A DNA stretch of 14,721 nt from Oligoflexus sp. (GTDB lineage: Bacteria > Bdellovibrionota_B > Oligoflexia > Oligoflexales > Oligoflexaceae), in assembly GCA_041736305.1 (NCBI GenBank), contig JBGSTX010000267.1, forward strand, positions 1 to 14,721, in the 5' to 3' direction. The position numbers and the translations under genes were made by a program. Shown piece after piece: positions 1 through 6,829 of this stretch (positions are counted from its first letter, which is position 1; every line of letters begins with the position of its first letter). Under the pieces are notes generated by a model that saw only the letters and a program-made list of their open reading frames with translations, was not told the origin of the DNA and ran no database searches.

Positions 1-786
1 AGCATGGTGGGGGGCGATTCGATCAGCCACAGCTTTGACCTCGTCGTCAGCGTTTTTCATGGCGATCCCCAGTCCAGCTCGCGCCACCATTTCAAGGTCG
101 TTGGCACCGTCGCCAATAGCTATTACTTCTTCGGGTTTTATGCCCAAATGAGTACAGACGAGCTCGAGCGCGACTCCTTTGTTAGAATTGAAATGACTGA
201 GTTCTATCCATGGGTACTCACGGAAGTAGGTGAAATGGAGAGCATCCCCAAAACGTTCCTGCAGCTGTTCATAAACTTGCCGACGAGAAGCCTTAGCGTG
301 AACCAGAATGGACAGAACCCGCCCATCAGGGACAGAATCGTAGGTAAACGTCAGAGGTTTTTTCTTATACATACCTACAAATTCGTCGAGTTCGGGATTG
401 TCGCGGAGCGCGTAAAATCCCTCGGACTCGTCGAGGAGAATATTCTCCACACCTTCCAATTGCCGACAGGCTTCGACGAGACTCCGCATCGTTTCGAAGG
501 GAATGTACTGGGCTTCGAGAGCTGATCCGAACATGGATGCGTGTACCATGCTGCCGCTGAGGGTGATCACGGGATGACTGGAGTGAATTTCACCGAGCAG
601 AGTGCGAACCGATTCGATCGGACGTCCCGTGGCGAAGACGACTTTGATGCCTTTGGCGACGAGCTTTTGAATACAGGCCGCGGTCCGAGGTGCGACCTTA
701 GCTCCAGGAGCCAAGAGGGTGCCATCGAGATCGATGAATACAGCGCGATAGAGATCCTGAGCTCTGATTGTTTCGTCCGGCATCAT
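1..786 (-). CDS. Cof-type HAD-IIB family hydrolase (probable sugar-phosphate phosphatase); 3' end runs off the window
   Basis: Not in the ORF track. Manual translation from ATG 786 (or 783) gives MMPDETIRAQDLYRAVFIDLDGTLL (HAD motif I), then ATGRP (motif II), NKGVAL (motif III Lys) and IAIGDGANDLEM (motif IV), and reaches AVADRIAPHHA at the window edge. The start lies 2 nt after the upstream TGA at 789-791. Confidence 0.93.
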   Translation of the reverse strand, partial: MMPDETIRAQDLYRAVFIDLDGTLLAPGAKVAPRTAACIQKLVAKGIKVVFATGRPIESVRTLLGEIHSSHPVITLSGSMVHASMFGSALEAQYIPFETMRSLVEACRQLEGVENILLDESEGFYALRDNPELDEFVGMYKKKPLTFTYDSVPDGRVLSILVHAKASRRQVYEQLQERFGDALHFTYFREYPWIELSHFNSNKGVALELVCTHLGIKPEEVIAIGDGANDLEMVARAGLGIAMKNADDEVKAVADRIAPHHA

Positions 787-788
787 TT

Positions 789-1778
789 TCAAGTTTCCTC
801 TTTATCGTTCTTGCCCGTAAGTTGATCGTGGGCATAAAGTAGACCTAGGCCGGGCTCGGCGAGGTCTTTGAAAATTTCTCGCGAGCGCCGCTTCAAGAAT
901 TCGCCCGTTAAAATTCCACTCTGATGACAGGCCGTCCAGCGTGCAAAAGCCTTGTAGCTGCGGCTGCGACCGAGGACATGCACTGGCTCCTCGAGTTCTG
1001 AACCCACCCCGGGGAGCTGCAAACTTGGATTTGCGGCCACCAAAAATGACACTGGCAAACTGCGCAGGTCGATGCCGAGCTGCTGACTATAACTGCGCCA
1101 GGCAGCTGAGTGAAATACAAAATCGGGTACCGGAGCAAAAAAGTGACACCAGTTATTCTCTTCGCCCTCCCTTAGCATACCGCAGCCAGATTGATGGGGA
1201 CATGGTGCCAGTATCTTTTTATGGCTGCTGAGTTTATTGCGATGCTGACTGAGGAGGCGGCTTTCCTGCGAGCGACCAGCCTCGACCCAGATGACCCATT
1301 CTGCTTTCTGACATAGGAGGAGCAGCTCTTCTTGAGCTGCTTCCGGCAGCTCTGAAAGGACGTGGCTGATGATTAAAGAAAAAGGCTGCGCAGCGGAGAG
1401 AGCCGGCAGACCCAGCTTAATAGGCTGCTGAGGTAGGACTTCACCGAGCTTTTGCGCCGCATACTGCATCGCTCTTGCCGAACGATCGTAAAACCTTAGC
1501 TCGTCGGCTTGGACCAAACCCGAACTGAGAACGGTGCGAGCCGCTATACCGGTTCCAGCTCCCCAGTCGACAAGACAGGGGGTACGCAAACCCCCGGGGC
1601 CGAGCAGGGGCCGCAAGACTTCGAGTACGGCCTGCCATTTCCAGGCTATCCGCTGCGCGAGGGTCAGTTCGTAGGCCTTGAGGAGAGCTTCGTTCTTCCA
1701 GTAGTCGGGCAGGAAGCCCTGGGCGTTGAGATAAGCCTGCCTCAATGCCTGTAGTTGGGACCAGTCTATCGTCTCCAT
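789..1778 (-). CDS. Rsm22/METTL17-family class I SAM-dependent methyltransferase-fold protein with putative Fe-S cysteines
   Basis: SAM motif I VDWGAGTG, then SHVLSEL and VEAG, the Rsm22-type APCPHQSGC...WCHF motif, and a distal C-terminal Cys (RWTAC). Confidence 0.8.
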   Translation of the reverse strand: METIDWSQLQALRQAYLNAQGFLPDYWKNEALLKAYELTLAQRIAWKWQAVLEVLRPLLGPGGLRTPCLVDWGAGTGIAARTVLSSGLVQADELRFYDRSARAMQYAAQKLGEVLPQQPIKLGLPALSAAQPFSLIISHVLSELPEAAQEELLLLCQKAEWVIWVEAGRSQESRLLSQHRNKLSSHKKILAPCPHQSGCGMLREGEENNWCHFFAPVPDFVFHSAAWRSYSQQLGIDLRSLPVSFLVAANPSLQLPGVGSELEEPVHVLGRSRSYKAFARWTACHQSGILTGEFLKRRSREIFKDLAEPGLGLLYAHDQLTGKNDKEET

Positions 1779-1781
1779 AAT

Positions 1782-1804
1782 GCCTCTGCGAAAAAATCAG
1801 AGGC
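1782..1804 (-). promoter_or_regulatory. Intercistronic 7-bp hairpin overlapping the ribosome-binding site of the Rsm22-like gene
   Basis: The mRNA reads GCCUCUG-AUUUUUUCG-CAGAGGC. The 3' arm contains the GAGG SD a few nt before ATG 1778, and the 5' arm starts 3 nt after the porin B stop. Confidence 0.45.
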
Positions 1805-1807
1805 CCA

Positions 1808-3181
1808 CTAGATCTCAAAATAGGAAGAAATTCCAGCATAAAAGCCAGAGGTCCGATTGGGAAAATTGCCCTGACTGATATCGCGGCGGATTTCGCTATT
1901 CCACCAGGAACGACCCAGATAGAAGCTGAAATTTTGCTGCCAGCGACCGACTGGCCGTAGGTTGAAAGAAAGAGCGAGATTGCTGAGTCGCTGGTCCACA
2001 GGTAACAGTGACTCCTGGACAGTTCCCCCTGCTGAACGATGTTTATAGCCAAGGCCATTGAATACCTTTAGATAGGCAAACGAAGGCTCGATCGCGAAAG
2101 TAGAACTCAGATTGTAGGCAGAGCGCAGAACGCTGGCGTAGGTATCCATATCGGGCCTCTCATAGTAGCTCTCCTCATCTTGAAAGCGCAGGCCACCGAA
2201 CTGCACTTTTTGAAAGCCCGCAGCAAAGTTGTGGTTCCAATCTCCTCCGCTGGGATAATAGCTGAATTGATAGCCCGCACGTATCGTTGAAGATTTGAGC
2301 ACGGCGCTCCGAATCTCGGGACTCGCCCCATCGACGAAGACGGAATAATTGCGCCAAGCACCGCTAGAATCGATGAGGGATCCCTGCTCGTATTCTTCAC
2401 TGTCCATACCTCCAAAGAGGCCCTTGCCATACACGATAGCCGTTTGATGGCTGGAGTCAGGATTCCAGGCCCGATAGATCGCCGCGAGCTTATTGCCTTT
2501 CATAGGGGCATAGCGGGCTTCTCCCGTCCGCGCATCGGCCTCTCCCGTTTCGGTGAAGACGTCGATAATCTGCAGCCGACCTTTGCCGATGGGAATTTCC
2601 TCGATGCGCAGATCTAAAGAAGTCTGGAGCGGACTCGCCTGATTGGAAACCGAATGGAAAGCGGCGGCGGCCAAACGACCATAAGAACCGAGGTCAATGT
2701 TATAGACGCCGAAGCCTGGGGCGTCTTCGGTGACGATGTTCATGTTGATGACCCAGAGATACTCCTGCTTATAGAAGCGCTTACCGGCCCAGATCAAGGC
2801 GTCGGCACCGATGATGTTGCCTGCTTCGATGAAGAGGTTACTGTTGCCCACTTTGCTCTGTCCGTAGCCAGGTCGTCGCTCGCCATCGAAGGAAAGCGAA
2901 AGATTAGCGTCCAGCCTCACCCAAGCCGCTCCGAGTTCGGGACTTCTGAGATAGGTCTGAGTGTAGAGCTCTGACCAAGCTCCTTGACAGGAGCCGTTAC
3001 CGCCGACCCAAACACCACTTTGTCGCGGATGTTCGAAGGATCGACAGGTAGTTCGAGCTTCGTTTAAGCCCAAATTGAGGCTAAATTTCCAGTATGACTT
3101 AAACTCCACCGCAAACGCTTGACTCGCCAGCGCACCCATGAGGCAGACAAGTGCGAGCTTAGGAGCGAATGAAAATCTCAA
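1808..3181 (-). CDS. LamB/maltoporin-family carbohydrate porin (paralogue B)
   Basis: TTG start with upstream GAGGGG, SPI signal peptide (SQAFA/VEF), N-terminal Cys pair as in LamB loop 1, and IWAGKRFY...APGFGVYNIDLG matching LamB IWAGKRFY...GPGAGLENIDVG. Amphipathic beta strands throughout. Confidence 0.82.
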   Translation of the reverse strand: MRFSFAPKLALVCLMGALASQAFAVEFKSYWKFSLNLGLNEARTTCRSFEHPRQSGVWVGGNGSCQGAWSELYTQTYLRSPELGAAWVRLDANLSLSFDGERRPGYGQSKVGNSNLFIEAGNIIGADALIWAGKRFYKQEYLWVINMNIVTEDAPGFGVYNIDLGSYGRLAAAAFHSVSNQASPLQTSLDLRIEEIPIGKGRLQIIDVFTETGEADARTGEARYAPMKGNKLAAIYRAWNPDSSHQTAIVYGKGLFGGMDSEEYEQGSLIDSSGAWRNYSVFVDGASPEIRSAVLKSSTIRAGYQFSYYPSGGDWNHNFAAGFQKVQFGGLRFQDEESYYERPDMDTYASVLRSAYNLSSTFAIEPSFAYLKVFNGLGYKHRSAGGTVQESLLPVDQRLSNLALSFNLRPVGRWQQNFSFYLGRSWWNSEIRRDISQGNFPNRTSGFYAGISSYFEI

Positions 3182-3806
3182 CGGGCAACCCCCTCGGCCG
3201 GTAATGGTTTTTCTTGCCTCGTTCGATCACCTTCGAAGGGACACCTTCGCTGCCCGCAGCTGCCGGATCATCCTGAAAAGCCTGGATATTGTCGACGAAA
3301 AAACTACCTTCGGCATTCCCTTCCCGGTAAAAGATGAAATACATTTTTTTCATCGGCACATCGAGGTTCACGGAGGTTTCAAACTGCCAGTTGGAAGCTT
3401 TCGATTTGAAGGCCTTGGTTCTCAGCGTAAAGGAAATATTCTTGTTCCAGCCCTTTTCCAGAGGCAAGGCCTGGGACTCGTAGTATTCATCAGTTTCCAT
3501 AGCTAAAGCGACGTTGATTTTGCTCGGGCCCCGGTTGAAGATATCGACAGTGACGCGAGAAAATTCCTGACCCAGACTGTTTAAATCTCGTTCGAGAACT
3601 ATCCCCTTGCCGCGATTGGCCATGGCTGGGGAAAAATGCACCTCGAACGAGTACTGACCGGCACTGACTTCGGCCTGGCTCGTACCACTCTTGGCTTCAT
3701 CGCCCCAGTTAGCGATCTGCCAGTAAAAGCGGTCTTCGAAGCTTTCCAGCACTGTCGCAGACGCAAGAGAAGAGATAAAGAAGAGGACTAGAGAGAATTG
3801 ATTCAT
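3159..3806 (-). CDS. Secreted stand-alone carbohydrate-binding-module-like (galactose-binding/beta-sandwich) protein
   Basis: Likely ATG at 3806 (MNQFSLVLFFISSLASA signal peptide), 2 nt after the porin A stop. The domain is bracketed by LESFE and FFVDNIQ and contains GWNKNISF, as in CBM4/11/27-type jelly rolls. No catalytic domain. Overlaps porin B by 23 nt. Confidence 0.6.
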   Translation of the reverse strand: MNQFSLVLFFISSLASATVLESFEDRFYWQIANWGDEAKSGTSQAEVSAGQYSFEVHFSPAMANRGKGIVLERDLNSLGQEFSRVTVDIFNRGPSKINVALAMETDEYYESQALPLEKGWNKNISFTLRTKAFKSKASNWQFETSVNLDVPMKKMYFIFYREGNAEGSFFVDNIQAFQDDPAAAGSEGVPSKVIERGKKNHYRPRGLPVEIFIRS

Positions 3807-3808
3807 GA

Positions 3809-5257
3809 TCACCACCACATATTCATCGTGAGACCACCACTGATTGCCTCCGTATCATCCCGCGAGGCTCCTTTGGTAATGTCGCGCTGTATTTCACGGT
3901 TCCAGCGGTTGAATGCCACGTAAGGTCGGAACTCAGCAAAGCCCCAAGAGAGAGGCCGAACGAGGAAGCCGAAGGATATGCGTTCGAGTCGACGGTTGAC
4001 CGGCTCGCGATGAGTCTGCTCATTACCATCCCGATCGCGATGCTTCAGGCCGAGACCCTTCGTTGTTGAAACCAGGTTCCACGCCAGATCAAGACCGTAG
4101 GTCTCGCTGAATTCATAGGCAGGTCGAGCCGCAAGAGCCAAGGTGCGCATATCGCCTCTTTTATAGACGACACCCTCTTTCTCATAGAGCAGCCCACCGA
4201 AATCCACACCCTCTAAAGCTCCGGCGACGCGCAAGGACCAGCGGCTCTCCTCGGGAATCAGATCCAGCTGATCGGCAATCCGGAACGAACTCGACTTCTG
4301 TATAGCTTCTCGCTCCTGCTCGAAAATACCGCGGCTGAGAGTACTAGGATCGCGGTCGTCGCCGGTCTCGCTGAGAGCTATACCGCGGCCCTGATCGAAG
4401 GCCACCAAATCGTTTCCACCGTAGAGTCCAGAGCCGTACTGCACAGCCCACTTATGAATCAGGCTTTCGCTTTCCCACTGGTAGATAAATCCACTTTGCC
4501 ACCCGGACATAGATTCAAACTTCTTCTCTCCTGAGCGGGCATCGGTTTCGCCAGTTTGGGTTCCAATCAGAACGAATTTGCCGAAGCCTTCAAAAAGAGG
4601 GATTTGGGAGATGCGGAAATCCAAAGTATCCTGCGTCGGGCCCCCGAGTCGGGAAGAGATGCGAAAGAAGGCCAGACCCACTTTGCCCAGCGGGGTGCTG
4701 AGCTGGTTGACACCGAGTCCAGGCCCGTGTTGGTCGAGCAGGCGGAGATCGAGCAGCCAGAGGTCTTCGTAATCGTAGCTTCGATTACCCACCCAGAGCG
4801 TTTCGCCCTTGCCTAAGTAGTTACCGGTCTCCGCATAGAAATTGCGATTGTTCAGCGTCAGCGCGTCTTCACCCTCGGCTTCGGTATCCGACCAGTTGCG
4901 CTCCATATTGGTCCTGACGTGTAGATCGATTACACCGCGGGCCCAAACTTGATTCCCGACCGAACGGTAGAAGTTACGCGAAAAGTAGAAGACCCCTTCG
5001 GCTATACCGCAGTCGTCCCTCGCGATATCGAAATCCGTCTCGGTTTGCAGGCGCAAGCAGCTGGCCAGCGTCCGTCCGGCTCCATACGAGAGCCCGAGCG
5101 TAAATCGTCCGTGAAAACTCGTGTCTTCAATGACGCCTTGCGCCTTCAGCGAACTGCTGAGAAAGATGGAGCCAGAAGCAAAAGCCAAAGCCAGAAGCAG
5201 CCGTAAGAAGCGAAAAGGGGCCGAGCCCTCAATCAAAGGTCTGTCGCACATCTGCAT
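3809..5257 (-). CDS. LamB/maltoporin-family carbohydrate porin (paralogue A)
   Basis: Signal peptide, SFHG N-terminus (LamB DFHG), Cys pair, LWVGNRSY...D...GPGLGVNQL, QYGSGL, and C-terminal MNMWW like LamB EIWW. AGGA SD before ATG 5257. Confidence 0.87.
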   Translation of the reverse strand: MQMCDRPLIEGSAPFRFLRLLLALAFASGSIFLSSSLKAQGVIEDTSFHGRFTLGLSYGAGRTLASCLRLQTETDFDIARDDCGIAEGVFYFSRNFYRSVGNQVWARGVIDLHVRTNMERNWSDTEAEGEDALTLNNRNFYAETGNYLGKGETLWVGNRSYDYEDLWLLDLRLLDQHGPGLGVNQLSTPLGKVGLAFFRISSRLGGPTQDTLDFRISQIPLFEGFGKFVLIGTQTGETDARSGEKKFESMSGWQSGFIYQWESESLIHKWAVQYGSGLYGGNDLVAFDQGRGIALSETGDDRDPSTLSRGIFEQEREAIQKSSSFRIADQLDLIPEESRWSLRVAGALEGVDFGGLLYEKEGVVYKRGDMRTLALAARPAYEFSETYGLDLAWNLVSTTKGLGLKHRDRDGNEQTHREPVNRRLERISFGFLVRPLSWGFAEFRPYVAFNRWNREIQRDITKGASRDDTEAISGGLTMNMWW

Positions 5258-5281
5258 GGTATTTCCTGTCGAGAACTAAGG

Positions 5282-5300
5282 GCGGCGCCGACAGCACCGC
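5282..5300 (-). promoter_or_regulatory. GC-rich intercistronic hairpin between the lipoprotein and porin A, without a U-tract
   Basis: The mRNA reads GCGGUGC-UGUCG-GCGCCGC, 6 nt after the lipoprotein stop codon. Confidence 0.4.
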
Positions 5301-5306
5301 GTAGGG

Positions 5307-6812
5307 CTACCTGGCTTTTGCGACTTTTACGCCGGCCCAATTGCGGACCAAGGCGTAGGCTTTCGCGTTAGGGTCATCATATTTTTTGCCTTCGCTATCG
5401 AAGATATCGAGTTGAATGAGATACTGTCCCGGCTTTGCAGCATTTGGGTCCTTGACAGGCTCGCCCGAAGGAGCGCAACGTCCTTCTTCGTCTTGGGCCT
5501 TGAAGCTGAAGTTCAAAATTTCGTTGCGACTGGACGCGGGCACCTCCAGAGTCTGCGAACCCCAGCTGAGCCAATTATCACCGGGCTGCTTAAGGGCCAT
5601 CGTCAGGCTGAGATCGATGTTGGTCTTATAGATCTCGATACTGACCTTCACCTCAGAACAGGACTGTTGAACGTCAGCGAGTTCTAGGTCGCTTAGACGA
5701 AAGAGCTGCTCTTCGGCCGACTCTGTTGCTACGGGAGGAGGTGCGGGAGGAGCTGCGGGTTGGTTAGGAACGCTTGCCGGTTCTAAGGGCTGTGGTTGAG
5801 TAAGCCCTGCCGTGGCAGCGGCCTGTACTTCGACGCCGACTGAGCTGCGAACGGCTTGATAAACATTGTTGTCGAACTGAATCTGCTGCCCGTCACTAGC
5901 GACCAGATCGAGCTGCAGAAGATACTGGCCAGGTTCCGCTTTCCAGGGATTGACCGAGACTGCTGACCCTGGAGGAGGACACTGTCCCTCGGGGCTCGCT
6001 GCCGTAAAATCAAACTGCACAGGACCCTGCGCTCCCTTCGCTAGAGCAATCCTTTTCTCGCCCCACGTTTTCCAATTGTTGCCCGGATCTTTTAAGCCGA
6101 GCACGAGGGTAAGATCTTCGTCGCTTTTGAGGACATTGAGCTGTCCTCGGATGGGTCCGCAGCTGACAAAGCTCGACGCCACCTCGAGATCACCGAGAAT
6201 CAAAGCCTTGGCGTCGGGATCATCGGGAACCGCCTCATTGATTTCCAAACCTGCCACGCGCCAGAGATCGATGCTGTCCGCGTCTTCATCCTCAAAGCGA
6301 TCGCCCCCTCGCACTTCAACGATATAGCCGACGTCTGTCTGCCAGCTACCCTGAACGTAGTTATTAGCTCTGCCGGGGGGCATAGCTTTGCCGTCTTTTG
6401 GATAGAGCCGTACTTTGACTTCACCCTTACCTGGGTCGACCGTTACTTTCTCCCAGTTCGAGTAATTATCGTTCATCACGGTACCGTATTCCACGCGCTT
6501 CACGACCAGATCGAAAGAGGAGCGCCGACTGACCTCGTAGGAAAATGAGACGATGAAGGGAGTGCGGCCATTGATTGCTTGAGGAACTGTGACTCCGTTT
6601 TCGACCTGAATGCGCTCGAAACCCAGCTGATCGTGTACTAAGCTGTGGCCTGCGAGCACCTTGCAATCTCCCGCCTCCAGACTGAAATAGCTGCCGTTGC
6701 CGCAGTCGGCAACTTTACCTATCTCCTTAGTCTCGCTCGGCTGGCACCCTGCGATCACGAACATGCTTATGAGCGAAGCGAAAGAGTAGAATAGCCAGAA
6801 TCTGCCCATCAT
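5307..6812 (-). CDS. Uncharacterised lipoprotein with tandem ~125-aa beta-rich repeat domains and a Pro/Ala linker (candidate surface glycan-binding protein)
   Basis: Lipobox VIAG/C after a hydrophobic h-region. The start is probably ATG 6812/6809 (AAGAGGG SD); GTG 6833 overlapping the kinase stop is an alternative. Clear internal duplication. Confidence 0.75.
   Translation of the reverse strand: MMGRFWLFYSFASLISMFVIAGCQPSETKEIGKVADCGNGSYFSLEAGDCKVLAGHSLVHDQLGFERIQVENGVTVPQAINGRTPFIVSFSYEVSRRSSFDLVVKRVEYGTVMNDNYSNWEKVTVDPGKGEVKVRLYPKDGKAMPPGRANNYVQGSWQTDVGYIVEVRGGDRFEDEDADSIDLWRVAGLEINEAVPDDPDAKALILGDLEVASSFVSCGPIRGQLNVLKSDEDLTLVLGLKDPGNNWKTWGEKRIALAKGAQGPVQFDFTAASPEGQCPPPGSAVSVNPWKAEPGQYLLQLDLVASDGQQIQFDNNVYQAVRSSVGVEVQAAATAGLTQPQPLEPASVPNQPAAPPAPPPVATESAEEQLFRLSDLELADVQQSCSEVKVSIEIYKTNIDLSLTMALKQPGDNWLSWGSQTLEVPASSRNEILNFSFKAQDEEGRCAPSGEPVKDPNAAKPGQYLIQLDIFDSEGKKYDDPNAKAYALVRNWAGVKVAKAR
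5322..5702 (-). repeat. Lipoprotein repeat domain R2 (aa ~378-504 in ORF-track numbering)
   Basis: LSDLEL..SC..DLSLTMALKQPGDNWLSWG..FSFKA..EGRC..PGQYLIQLDI..VR..GVKV. Confidence 0.85.
5826..6203 (-). repeat. Lipoprotein repeat domain R1 (aa ~211-336 in ORF-track numbering)
   Basis: LGDLEV..SC..DLTLVLGLKDPGNNWKTWG..FDFTA..EGQC..PGQYLLQLDL..VR..GVEV aligns collinearly with R2. Confidence 0.85.
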
Positions 6813-6829
6813 AAATCCCTCTTCTTTCT

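Noticed and set aside
4-825. + strand ORFs 4..525 and 541..825
   Set aside because: They are antisense shadows of the minus-strand Cof-type HAD gene, which has all four HAD motifs.
908-2974. Alternative-frame and antisense ORFs such as 1441..2058, 941..1231, 2107..2430 and 2654..2974
   Set aside because: They lie over the methyltransferase-like and porin genes and show no recognisable motifs.
1808-5257. Assigning the gene symbol lamB or maltose specificity
   Set aside because: Key constriction residues and the YRLGNE motif are not conserved, and the gene context points to mannosides.
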